The position numbers and the translations under genes are program-made. Of a stretch of DNA of 64,000 bases, positions 43,449 through 52,254 are shown in pieces; positions within the stretch are counted from its first letter, which is position 1; the number at the start of each line of letters is the position of its first letter. The notes beneath the pieces are model-generated. The model ran no database searches, was not told the origin of the DNA, and saw nothing but the letters and a program-made list of their open reading frames with translations. Origin of the DNA: a virus; the IMG/VR virus record IMGVR_UViG_3300045988_103535. One strand, written 5' to 3'.

Positions 43449-44204
43449 ATGGACGAAATGAAAAGATATGGCATTGTTAATGATGCTAAAGAACAAATGG
43501 AAGTTGTATTATTAAGAGGTACTGGGTGTGAATGGGCTCAATGTAATTTCTGCGATTATTGTATTGACCATGATAAAAATACAGAAGCAGACTATCAACT
43601 TAATGCAAAAGTATTAGACAAAGTTACTGGCATACACAATAAGTTACAAGTAATATGCAGTGGAAGTTTCGCAGAATTAGATAGTAAAACTATTGAGTAT
43701 ATTCACAAAGTAGTAACTGAAAAGAAAATATCAACTGTAATATTTGAAGGACATTATATGCACAGAAAATTTATAAAATTTATGAGATTAATTTTTAGTG
43801 GCATAAATCTAGAGTTTATAGTAGGCGCAGAAACTTTTAATTTATTCAATCGTGAAGCTATATTGAATAAAGGAATGGGAGTGGCAAGTCCTCAAAGTAT
43901 TAGTAAATATTTTAATAGAACTAATTTATTATTCGGTTGGAAAGGTCAAACATATGAGTCTTTCTTGGAAGATGTTGAATTAGGTCTTAAATATTTCGAC
44001 AAAATTTGTATTAATGTATTTACTCCTAATACAACAAAATTTGAGCGAGATGAAAAATTAGTACAACAATTTTATAATTCTACTGAGTTTCAAGAATTAT
44101 TAGCAAATCCTAGAGTAAGAATAATTGATGACTTAAATCGAGATATTACAGATACATTCGATTTAGTCGGAGAAAAATTGTCTAAAATAGGAGGTACTAA
44201 ATAA
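43449..44204 (+). CDS. radical-SAM-like enzyme (non-canonical Cys cluster)
   Basis: N-terminal 'VVLLRGTGCEWAQCNFCDYC' (Cx4Cx2Cx2C). ~250 aa, TIM-barrel-sized. It does not show the QueE 'QGEG' pattern. Confidence 0.4.
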   Translation: MDEMKRYGIVNDAKEQMEVVLLRGTGCEWAQCNFCDYCIDHDKNTEADYQLNAKVLDKVTGIHNKLQVICSGSFAELDSKTIEYIHKVVTEKKISTVIFEGHYMHRKFIKFMRLIFSGINLEFIVGAETFNLFNREAILNKGMGVASPQSISKYFNRTNLLFGWKGQTYESFLEDVELGLKYFDKICINVFTPNTTKFERDEKLVQQFYNSTEFQELLANPRVRIIDDLNRDITDTFDLVGEKLSKIGGTK

Positions 44205-44701
44205 TGAAAGTAACAGTAAAATCAATGTGTAGAATAAGCATAGTAGCCGCACTTTATTTTGTAATAACAATGGTATGTAAACCTTTTGTATTCGGACCGG
44301 TTGAATTCAGATTATCCGAAATGTTAAATTTCTTAATGTTTATAGACCCAATATATATAATAGGAATTACATTAGGTTGTGCATTGAGTAACTTCTTTAC
44401 ATTTGGAGTTATGGACGTATTTATAGGTTCAGCTTCTACATTCCTTGTAGGTGTTCTAATGTGGAAAGGCAAAAGAATGTGGTATGGAATTCCAATAGCA
44501 ACATTAGGTACAAGTGTAATTGCTTGGGAATTATGGTTTTTCTTTGGTTTACCATTTTGGTATCAATTTGCTGTTGGAGCATTTGGCGAATTTGTAAGTA
44601 TGGTACTTGGATATATTGTAGCTGTAAAATTATTCAAGAACGAAGGTTTACTAAATATATTTAGATGTACACCTGGCAATAATAAAGAAGTAAAATATTA
44701 G
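44204..44701 (+). CDS. queT: QueT-like queuosine-precursor transporter (ECF S-component)
   Basis: 'ISIVAALYFVITMVCKPFVFGPVEFRLSEMLNFL' matches the QueT N-terminal signature (AALY...F.f..iqFRiSE). 5-6 TM segments. Confidence 0.65.
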   Translation: MKVTVKSMCRISIVAALYFVITMVCKPFVFGPVEFRLSEMLNFLMFIDPIYIIGITLGCALSNFFTFGVMDVFIGSASTFLVGVLMWKGKRMWYGIPIATLGTSVIAWELWFFFGLPFWYQFAVGAFGEFVSMVLGYIVAVKLFKNEGLLNIFRCTPGNNKEVKY

Positions 44702-44711
44702 AAAAAATATA

Positions 44712-44743
44712 ATGAGTAGGGTTAACAACCTTACTCATTTTTT
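44712..44743 (+). terminator. terminator whose loop carries the next promoter's GTTAACA
   Basis: ATGAGTAGG-gttaaca-ACCTTACTCAT followed by TTTTTT. Confidence 0.65.
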
Positions 44744-44752
44744 ATATATAAC
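44721..44752 (+). promoter_or_regulatory. GTTAACA-type promoter (TATATAAC variant) upstream of dpdA-like gene
   Basis: GTTAACA-N17-TATATAACATACATAA. Confidence 0.5.
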
Positions 44753-44782
44753 ATACATAAATAAAAAAGGAGGAAAAAAGAT

Positions 44783-45700
44783 ATGGATTTGTATTTTGCA
44801 GGACAAGGTCAAATAGCATCAGACGTATTTATATCAAAACTTCATGTTAATAGACTTTACTCATTCTTAGATGGGTCTAGATGTATTAATAGGTGGATTG
44901 GTCTTACAGAAGGTCAAACTGACTCAAAATTATTTTTAGACTCAGGTGCATTTACTGCTCATACAAAAGGTAAAACTGTTAATGTTGATGAATATATTGC
45001 TCGAATAAATGAGTTAGACGAACATCTTACATTATATGCACAACTTGATACAATCCCAGGTGAATATAAAAAACCTAAGACTATACAACAGTTAAAAGAA
45101 GCGCCCGAATTGAGTTGGCAAAATTATTTATATATGAAAGACAAAGTAGCAAATAGAGATAAATTATTGTCTATATTTCATCAAGGAGAAGACTTTAAAC
45201 ATTTAAAAAGAATGTTAGAATATAGACATGAAGACGGTGAGCCAATAAAATATATTGGAATATCACCTGCCAATGATGTTGTAACTCAGTATAAAGATAA
45301 ATGGTTTGCACAGGTATTTGGAATTATAAAAAATTCCAGTAACCCAAACGTAAAGACGCATGCATTTGGAATGACTTCAAAATTAATGTTAGAAAAATAT
45401 CCATTTACTTCTGCTGATGCAACTACATGGTTAGTGCATGCTCGTATGGGAACATTACATTTCGGTGATAACAATATTGTAGTGTCTGACAGGAAAACAG
45501 ATGACCCAAATTTTTATAAAAATTTAGGACCTGAAATGATAAAAGCATTTGAAGACAAAGTTGAAGAACGAGGTTTAGACTTAGACTTGATGATGACTTC
45601 TTGTCATTATAGAAGTAGATGGGAAGCATTAGAATTAGTTGAGTGGCTACAAAATTATGAGTATAAAGGTAGTACAAAATTTCAAAAACGATTATTTTAG
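44783..45700 (+). CDS. dpdA: DpdA / tRNA-guanine-transglycosylase-fold protein (putative DNA 7-deazaguanine transglycosylase)
   Basis: 'FLDSGAFTA' versus TGT 'DSGGFQ'. 'SADATTWLVHARMGTLHF' versus TGT 'MFDCVxPTRxARNGxLF', with identical D-x7-AR-x-G spacing. No TGT zinc site is obvious, as in DpdA. Confidence 0.6.
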   Translation: MDLYFAGQGQIASDVFISKLHVNRLYSFLDGSRCINRWIGLTEGQTDSKLFLDSGAFTAHTKGKTVNVDEYIARINELDEHLTLYAQLDTIPGEYKKPKTIQQLKEAPELSWQNYLYMKDKVANRDKLLSIFHQGEDFKHLKRMLEYRHEDGEPIKYIGISPANDVVTQYKDKWFAQVFGIIKNSSNPNVKTHAFGMTSKLMLEKYPFTSADATTWLVHARMGTLHFGDNNIVVSDRKTDDPNFYKNLGPEMIKAFEDKVEERGLDLDLMMTSCHYRSRWEALELVEWLQNYEYKGSTKFQKRLF

Positions 45701-45714
45701 AGGAGGTATTTTCT

Positions 45715-46776
45715 ATGAAAATAAATACAAGTAAATTAAAAAATATGTTAGGTCATGTTACTAAAATAAAACCCAACCCATTATTAGAAATATCTAATTA
45801 TATACAATTAGTATGTGATAATGAAGGTTTAAAAATAAATGCAACTGACGGTGATAATCATATAACTGTATTTCAAGATAACGAAACAACTGAAGAACCT
45901 GTTGAGTTCATAATTAAAACTGACCAATTTGTTAGCTTAATAAATAAAACAACAACAGAAACCGTTACTCTTACAGATAAGGAAACTTATTTAGAGGTAA
46001 AAGGTAACGGAACATATAAAGTTGAGTTAGTTCAAGGTGAAGTATACCCAGACCATAAAATAGAAACTAACGGAGCATTAAAAATAGAAGATTGTGTTAC
46101 TTATAATTTGAAACATGGAATAAACGTAGGTAAAAATGTTAAATCACAAACTGCGGCAGACGGGTGTTTATTTGGGTATTTAATTAGAAGCAATCATATA
46201 ATAACTGCAGACGCAATAAAAGTTAATGCATCAGATTTTGAATGTGAAGGACTAGAAGTATTAATACCACCTTCTTTAGCAAATTTAATTCCTACATTAG
46301 ACGAGGAAAAAGTTAATATTATTTTAGATGATAGTAATAATGCAATAATGTTTGAAGGTAAAAATATAGTAATAAGTGGGACATTAATGGAAGGGGTTGA
46401 AGAATACCCAGACAGTATATTACCAATGATAGAAGAAACTCAACCTAGTTTATGCACAGTTGATACACAAGAACTATTAAAAGCATTAGATAGAATAGGT
46501 TTATTCGTTGATGTGTATGATATGAATACTTTACAAGTAGCATTTGTAGGTGATTTAATAACTCTACAAACAACAGGAGGTTCAATAGAAAGTATAGCTA
46601 CAAAAGATTGTCCAACTCATACCGATATAGTTTATCCAGTAAATATTAAATTCTTATACGATTTAGTTTCTTCTGTAGATTCTCCAACTATCGACATTGA
46701 ATATGGAACTTCAGATTTAATCAAAATTGTATCTGATAAAGACAAAATGTTATTATCAACATTAGATAATGAATAG
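45715..46776 (+). CDS. DnaN-like sliding clamp (beta subunit)
   Basis: 353 aa. 'LKNMLGHVTKIKPNPLLEISNYIQLVCDNEGLKINATDGDNHI' matches the beta-clamp N-terminal pattern. Confidence 0.7.
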   Translation: MKINTSKLKNMLGHVTKIKPNPLLEISNYIQLVCDNEGLKINATDGDNHITVFQDNETTEEPVEFIIKTDQFVSLINKTTTETVTLTDKETYLEVKGNGTYKVELVQGEVYPDHKIETNGALKIEDCVTYNLKHGINVGKNVKSQTAADGCLFGYLIRSNHIITADAIKVNASDFECEGLEVLIPPSLANLIPTLDEEKVNIILDDSNNAIMFEGKNIVISGTLMEGVEEYPDSILPMIEETQPSLCTVDTQELLKALDRIGLFVDVYDMNTLQVAFVGDLITLQTTGGSIESIATKDCPTHTDIVYPVNIKFLYDLVSSVDSPTIDIEYGTSDLIKIVSDKDKMLLSTLDNE

Positions 46777-46787
46777 GAGGTATTAGA

Positions 46788-47564
46788 ATGGCAAAGTTAG
46801 GTTCGCTTGCTAAAATGGTAAAGCAAGCTCAAGAAAATAAAGTTGCTGAACAATTTATCGAAGACCTAATTTATACCATAGAGGAAGAAGACAGGAGTTC
46901 AGTTAGAACTCCTACTCAATCTTTTAAACCTTCAGGTATAAGTGGGTGTACTAGAAGTTTATATTATCAATTAACTGGCGTAGCACCAGACGACACAGAC
47001 GCAGGAGTTAACTTAGTAGGTATATGTGAAAGTGGTACTGACAGACATGAACGTATTCAAAATTATATTGCGAAAATGAGTAAATATGATATTAATTGTG
47101 AATGGTTAGATGTAGGTAAATACCTTAAAGAAAATAAAATAAAAGACCCTGAAGTAATAAGCAAGGTCGGAAATGAAACAAAATTATATTCGCAAAAATA
47201 TAATATGAGATTTATGTGTGATGGGTTAATAAAATATAATGGTGAATATTATATAGTAGAAATAAAAACAGAGTCTACTCATAAATTTAATCGTCATACA
47301 GACGCATGGGCAGACCATAAATTACAAGCAACTTGTTATTCAATGACAATAGGTGTACCGAAAGTAATATTTATTTATGAAGACCGAGATAACTGCACTA
47401 AAAAAGGTTATCTAGTTGAAATAACTGAATTGATGAAAAATAGAATAGAAGACATAATTGATTATGTTAATACTTTCGTATTGAATAAGGAGGTTCCACC
47501 TAGGGAATTAGATAAATGTAAATATTGCGATTATCAAAATCAATGCAGAAAAGATGGTGAATAG
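46788..47564 (+). CDS. PD-(D/E)xK exonuclease, Cas4/RecB-like with Fe-S Cys cluster
   Basis: 'YIVEIKTE' (ExK). One N-terminal Cys ('SGCTRSLYYQ') plus C-terminal 'CKYCDYQNQC'. Confidence 0.7.
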   Translation: MAKLGSLAKMVKQAQENKVAEQFIEDLIYTIEEEDRSSVRTPTQSFKPSGISGCTRSLYYQLTGVAPDDTDAGVNLVGICESGTDRHERIQNYIAKMSKYDINCEWLDVGKYLKENKIKDPEVISKVGNETKLYSQKYNMRFMCDGLIKYNGEYYIVEIKTESTHKFNRHTDAWADHKLQATCYSMTIGVPKVIFIYEDRDNCTKKGYLVEITELMKNRIEDIIDYVNTFVLNKEVPPRELDKCKYCDYQNQCRKDGE

Positions 47565-47565
47565 T

Positions 47566-48069
47566 ATGAATGATGGAAAAAGATGGGAACAAAATTTTAA
47601 AGACAGTTTAGGTTTAAGCTGTATTAGACTATATGACACAACTAATGGCTTTTCAGGTGTTAGAAATCCATGCGATTTTATTTATTACCGCTACCCATAC
47701 CAATATTTATTTGAGTTAAAAAGTACAAAAGATAAATCTATATATTTAAATATGGAAACAACAAAAAGACAAATAAACGCATTAGTAGAATTAGGAAAAA
47801 TAGACGGAATATTAGGTGGACTATGTGTTGAATTTAGAGAAGAACAAAGAGCATTTTTTATACCCGCAGTTGTATGTAGAGAATTCTTAGAAATAAGATG
47901 TAAAAAGTCAATTTCTATTAGAGATTGCGAAGAACATGAATTAATTAGAGAAATACCATTAGAATATAAAAGAACAAATTGTGTTATCAATAAAGTAGAA
48001 TTTGACGCTGTAATGTCAAGCCTTATGTATCATCTGAGATGGGGTGGAAAAGAATGCGCCTACCGTTAA
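47566..48069 (+). CDS. RecU-like Holliday junction resolvase
   Basis: 'GKRWEQNFKDSL...PCDFIYY...YLFELKST' fits the G..fE / D / ExK order. The start could also be the ATG at 47554. Confidence 0.5.
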   Translation: MNDGKRWEQNFKDSLGLSCIRLYDTTNGFSGVRNPCDFIYYRYPYQYLFELKSTKDKSIYLNMETTKRQINALVELGKIDGILGGLCVEFREEQRAFFIPAVVCREFLEIRCKKSISIRDCEEHELIREIPLEYKRTNCVINKVEFDAVMSSLMYHLRWGGKECAYR

Positions 48070-48545
48070 TACAAAAATTAGATGCAGATACATTAGACAT
48101 AATTGATACAGTAAATAACATTACTAAAAATTATACTTCAGAATTAGATAAATGTATAAATGAAATACAAGAATTGTTGAGTAATGGGGAGGACATTCCT
48201 CCCCAACAACTTAATTATTATATAACTATATTACCAATATTATTATATGATGTAACTGGCAAAATAACAGAACTTGGAATAAAATCAGACGCGGCTAAAA
48301 TGCAAAGGCGAACTGTATTCAATGATGCATATGTACAACAGACACACGGAACAGTTTCGCAGAAAACTTCAGTAGCTCAAAATCAATCAATGAATGAGCA
48401 ATTCGTGGAAGATGTAATGTTGCGAGCATACAAAGAATGTGCAAGTAAAATAGAAATAGCAACTATGTTACATTCTAGTCTGAAAAAAGTTCAAAGTTGG
48501 AAGACTTCAGAGTTAGAAATAACTAGAAATAATATTATAAGATAG
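48054..48545 (+). CDS. hypothetical protein
   Basis: GGGGTGG SD before the ATG at 48054; the track starts at 48039. Confidence 0.5.
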   Translation: MRLPLIQKLDADTLDIIDTVNNITKNYTSELDKCINEIQELLSNGEDIPPQQLNYYITILPILLYDVTGKITELGIKSDAAKMQRRTVFNDAYVQQTHGTVSQKTSVAQNQSMNEQFVEDVMLRAYKECASKIEIATMLHSSLKKVQSWKTSELEITRNNIIR

Positions 48546-48556
48546 GAGGCAAAATT

Positions 48557-48628
48557 ATGTATTCAATATTAGAAACATTAGATAGACAATTACATGGGTT
48601 AACATTATTACAATTATTAAAATTTTAG
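48557..48628 (+). CDS. 23-aa micro-ORF (MYSILETLDRQLHGLTLLQLLKF)
   Basis: TAGGAGG lies 7 nt upstream. The stop overlaps the next SD. Not in the track. Confidence 0.3.
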   Translation: MYSILETLDRQLHGLTLLQLLKF

Positions 48629-48639
48629 GAGGTGTAAAA

Positions 48640-48906
48640 ATGAAATATATAGTCAGAGTTAAAGTATCCGATGATAGTTATGAGGATAATATATTTACCT
48701 CTAGGATGGACGCTTTAGATTATGTTTACAAAGAAGGAGCTGCACATGGTATAGATGCTCAATTAATAGAAATTCAAGATACTAACTTTTTTAAATATAA
48801 ATATACACCAAAGTTAGCTAACTTAGTTAAATATTTAAAGAATCATGATATTCCTTTTACAGTAGACGATGGATTGAATGTAATTATAAATTTTAGAGAT
48901 TTATAG
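48640..48906 (+). CDS. hypothetical protein
   Basis: AGGAGGTG SD. 88 aa. Confidence 0.55.
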   Translation: MKYIVRVKVSDDSYEDNIFTSRMDALDYVYKEGAAHGIDAQLIEIQDTNFFKYKYTPKLANLVKYLKNHDIPFTVDDGLNVIINFRDL

Positions 48907-48913
48907 GAGGTAA

Positions 48914-49432
48914 ATGATGGCAAATAAAAAAGTAAGAATAAGAAAAATAAGACCAAGCGCTCAGTTACCTGTTAAAAATAATGGTAACTGGTATGACTGC
49001 TTTGTAAATAAAATTTCATTAGTTAGTTGTGAAAAACTGCAAAAGTCTTTTAACGAAAGTGTATTTGACAATGTAGAATTGATAGGCGGACATAGTCCTA
49101 TAAAATATAAAAGAGGTGATGTTTTAATATGTAGCTTAGGTTTTGCTATGGAGTTAGGTAAAGGTTATGAGGCTCATATAATTCCAAGAAGTAGTACATT
49201 TGCTAAAAAAGGTTTGATATTAACAAATAGTGTAGGTCTTATTGACTCCAGCTATTGTGGTGATGAAGATGAATGGGTTGCAGTATTTTATGCAACTAGA
49301 CCAGGTAGCATAAAAGTTCATGATAGACTGGTACAAATGACAATACAAAAATCTAATCCTAATGTAGATTTTGAAGAAGTTGACTCATTAAATAATCCAA
49401 ATAGAGGAGGTTATGGTTCAACAGGTCAATAA
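48914..49432 (+). CDS. dut: dUTPase (trimeric type)
   Basis: Contains 'LTNSVGLIDSSYCGD' and the C-terminal 'RGGYGSTG'. Confidence 0.85.
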   Translation: MMANKKVRIRKIRPSAQLPVKNNGNWYDCFVNKISLVSCEKLQKSFNESVFDNVELIGGHSPIKYKRGDVLICSLGFAMELGKGYEAHIIPRSSTFAKKGLILTNSVGLIDSSYCGDEDEWVAVFYATRPGSIKVHDRLVQMTIQKSNPNVDFEEVDSLNNPNRGGYGSTGQ

Positions 49433-49441
49433 TAATTTTAG

Positions 49442-49473
49442 CCCTTGCAACTTTACAGTTGCGAGGGTTTTTT
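49442..49473 (+). terminator. terminator whose loop carries the next promoter's TTTACA
   Basis: CCCTTGCAAC-tttaca-GTTGCGAGGG followed by T6. Confidence 0.75.
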
Positions 49474-49482
49474 ATATATAAC
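49452..49482 (+). promoter_or_regulatory. TTTACA-N17-TATATAAC promoter upstream of recA-sigma operon
   Basis: The -35 lies in the terminator loop. The -10 block is TATATAACATATATAA. Confidence 0.5.
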
Positions 49483-49512
49483 ATATATAAAGAATTATAA
49501 GGAGGTAGCTAT

Positions 49513-50685
49513 ATGAGAAACATAGATTTAAAAATGGCAGAGCTTAATAAAAAATTCAAAGCTCAAATAATCAACCAGGGAACAGACATAATAGAAGTAG
49601 CAAAAATACCATTTAGTTCACCTACAGCTAACTGGATGACCTATGGCGGAATTCCAGTAGGTAAAATAACTGAGTTTTTCGGTGGCGAAGGTGGAGGTAA
49701 AACAACTTCCGCATTAGATATATGTGCAAATGCACAAAAGAAATTTAATGAAGTATTTGAACAACATAAAGAAAAAGTGTTAGACGAAATAGAACAACTT
49801 AAAGCAAAAGACACAAAAGACTCTAAAAAGAAAGCAGATAAATTGATGTCAGATTTAATGGAATACGTAGAGCGAGGTCCGAAAGTAGTTGTATATATTG
49901 ATGCCGAACAAACACTTGATGTACAATGGGCACAACTATTAGGAGTAGACACTGAAGCCATGATATTAGTTAGACCTCAAGAACAAACCGCAGAACAAGT
50001 ATTACAAATAGCAATTGATTTAATAGCAACTGGAGATGTTGGATTATGTGTGCTTGACTCAATACCAATGTTAGTTTCTCAAAATATATTCAATGAAGAC
50101 ATGGATAAAAAATCGTATGGAGGAATATCTCAAGCATTAACAGTATTTTGTAGTAAAGTTACTCCACATTTAACTCAAAATCAATGTGCGTTTATTGGAA
50201 TTAATCAAATAAGAGAAGATTTAGCAAGTATGTATAATACCGTATCAACTCCAGGTGGTAAAATGTGGAAACATGCTTGCTCATTAAGATTAAGATTTAG
50301 AAAAGACACTTTATTAGATATGAATAATGGCGAATTAACTTCAAGAGCTGAAAATCCAGCAGGTAATAGAGTCGGTATTGAAATTGCAAAAACTAAGGTT
50401 TGTAAACCTGATAGAAGAATTGGCTATTATACTTTAAATTATACTGAAGGCATTGATGTATTAGCAGACATAATTACAGTAGCATTACAATATCGAATAT
50501 TAAAACAAGGTGGCAGTTGGTATTACTATTTAGATGAAGAAGGTAATGTTGAAGTAGATGCAGAAAACAATGAAATAAAATTTCAAGGTAAAGCTAAATT
50601 ATTAGACGAATTAAGAAATGATGAAGAATTCAAAGAAGATGTTATATCTAGATTAAATAAGGTGATGTACAATGAAAACAAATAA
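49513..50685 (+). CDS. RecA-family recombinase
   Basis: Contains 'GGIPVGKITEFFGGEGGGKTTSALD' and 'VYIDAEQTLD'. 390 aa. Confidence 0.8.
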   Translation: MRNIDLKMAELNKKFKAQIINQGTDIIEVAKIPFSSPTANWMTYGGIPVGKITEFFGGEGGGKTTSALDICANAQKKFNEVFEQHKEKVLDEIEQLKAKDTKDSKKKADKLMSDLMEYVERGPKVVVYIDAEQTLDVQWAQLLGVDTEAMILVRPQEQTAEQVLQIAIDLIATGDVGLCVLDSIPMLVSQNIFNEDMDKKSYGGISQALTVFCSKVTPHLTQNQCAFIGINQIREDLASMYNTVSTPGGKMWKHACSLRLRFRKDTLLDMNNGELTSRAENPAGNRVGIEIAKTKVCKPDRRIGYYTLNYTEGIDVLADIITVALQYRILKQGGSWYYYLDEEGNVEVDAENNEIKFQGKAKLLDELRNDEEFKEDVISRLNKVMYNENK

Positions 50686-51280
50686 TTCTGAATTAATTCA
50701 AGAACTGGTTATAAAAATACAACATTCTGAAGGCGTTGAAAAACGCCTCCTTTTAAACCAACTAACACCTGAACTAGAAGCTTTTATATGGAGTATTCTC
50801 AGAACACATGGAGTAAAACAGTTACCTCAAGACTCATTTCAAACAGCATGGCTAGGTGTTATGCAAGCTATAGAAACTTATGATGCATCAAAAGGCACTA
50901 AATTTCTCACTCATTGTTATTGGCAAATATTGAGTTCTTTATCAAAACTAAAAATATATGCATCACGATATGAAACAGGTCAAGGAACATGGTCTCTATC
51001 TAGTTTAAATCAAATTATAATAGATACTGATAATGTTCCACTTCAAGAAAAATTAGTAGCTTCAGACGATACTGCTACAGATTGTGTAGTAAAAACCTTA
51101 AAAGAAAGCGCTATACAACTCATAGAACAAAATTATACAGGAACTAAGAAACTAATACTGTTAAAGTATATGCAAGGGGTCAGACCAGTAGACATCGCAG
51201 CACAGTTAGGAGTTACAAGAAGTCATGTCTCAAATACAGTTAGTAAATTTAAACAAAAATGTAGAAAAGAGTTAACATAA
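50672..51280 (+). CDS. phage sigma-70-family factor
   Basis: Region 2-like 'QDSFQTAWLGVMQAIETYDASKGTKFLTHCYWQILSSL'. Region 4 'KLILLKYMQGVRPVDIAAQLGVTRSHVSNTVSKFKQKCRKEL'. Confidence 0.7.
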   Translation: MKTNNSELIQELVIKIQHSEGVEKRLLLNQLTPELEAFIWSILRTHGVKQLPQDSFQTAWLGVMQAIETYDASKGTKFLTHCYWQILSSLSKLKIYASRYETGQGTWSLSSLNQIIIDTDNVPLQEKLVASDDTATDCVVKTLKESAIQLIEQNYTGTKKLILLKYMQGVRPVDIAAQLGVTRSHVSNTVSKFKQKCRKELT

Positions 51281-51302
51281 ATTAGTATAAAATGTATATA
51301 AC
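51271..51302 (+). promoter_or_regulatory. GTTAACA-type promoter (TATATAAC variant)
   Basis: GTTAACA overlaps the last codons and stop of the sigma gene, then N17, then TATATAAC. Confidence 0.45.
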
Positions 51303-51323
51303 TTTTACAAGGAGGTAAGTGAA

Positions 51324-51668
51324 ATGGAAAATAAACCTACAAGACATTACAGTAAATTACAAGAAGAAAAAGTAGCAAACTACTTAGGTGGAACATTAAC
51401 ACCTAATAGTGGTGCAAAACATAAGAAAGGAGATATACTTTTAGATGACACAATAATTGAGTGCAAAACAAGAACAAAACAAAGTATATCGCACACAATT
51501 AAAAAGGAATGGGTATTAGATTTAATCAAAGAATGTATTGAAATGGGTAAAAATCATTGGGCATTAATATTTGACTTTGGTACACAAAATCTAATTGACC
51601 AATGTGTAGTAATACCTATTGATGACTACAAAGAATATTTGAGTTTAAAGGAGGAACAAAATGTCTAG
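51324..51668 (+). CDS. small PD-(D/E)xK-fold nuclease-like protein
   Basis: 'PNSGAKHKKGDILLDDTIIECKTRT' shows a D...ExK arrangement. By-eye call. Confidence 0.35.
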   Translation: MENKPTRHYSKLQEEKVANYLGGTLTPNSGAKHKKGDILLDDTIIECKTRTKQSISHTIKKEWVLDLIKECIEMGKNHWALIFDFGTQNLIDQCVVIPIDDYKEYLSLKEEQNV

Positions 51669-52254
51669 AATGAAAAATAGAGAGGAATTTATAAAAATAT
51701 TGAGACAAGTAGAAAGACCAGGTGTCGAGGAATTAATTAGTTGGCTAGATACTACCGATTTTTTTTCTGCTCCTGCTAGTACAAGATTTCATGGAAGTTA
51801 CCCAGGTGGACTTGTATTTCATACTTTAAATGTAGCATATGAGTTGAGAGAACTTGTTAGATTCTATGAAGTAGATATACCTAAAGATAGCATAATATTA
51901 ACAGCCTTAGGTCATGATTTATGTAAAATTGGCGTATATGAAGAAACAATCGTAAATGTTCCTCCACAAAGAAGCAAATCTGGAAAATGGGAACAACAAC
52001 CGGGTTATAAGAAAAATGAACCTTTTAGAATGGGACATGGAGCTAAATCTTTGTCAATACTTCAAGATTTTATAAAACTTGAAGATTATGAAAAAGAAGC
52101 TATATTTTGGCATATGGGAGCATACGATTTAGGACAATATAATACAATGAACGATTTAGGCGCAACATTTGAAGAAAATAAATTAGCATTTCTACTTCAT
52201 ATAGCAGATTTAGTAGCAACTTATATAGTAGAAACAAAGGGAGGGGAAAATTAA
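51661..52254 (+). CDS. HD-domain phosphohydrolase
   Basis: 'FHGSYPGGLVFHTLNV' followed by 'LGHDLCKIG'. Confidence 0.7.
   Translation: MSRMKNREEFIKILRQVERPGVEELISWLDTTDFFSAPASTRFHGSYPGGLVFHTLNVAYELRELVRFYEVDIPKDSIILTALGHDLCKIGVYEETIVNVPPQRSKSGKWEQQPGYKKNEPFRMGHGAKSLSILQDFIKLEDYEKEAIFWHMGAYDLGQYNTMNDLGATFEENKLAFLLHIADLVATYIVETKGGEN

Noticed and set aside
43449-44204. Calling the rSAM-like gene queE (7-carboxy-7-deazaguanine synthase).
   Set aside because: The Cys spacing (Cx4Cx2Cx2C) and the absence of the QueE N-terminal QGEG-type motif do not fit QueE. queC and queD are also absent, so a QueE would lack pathway context.
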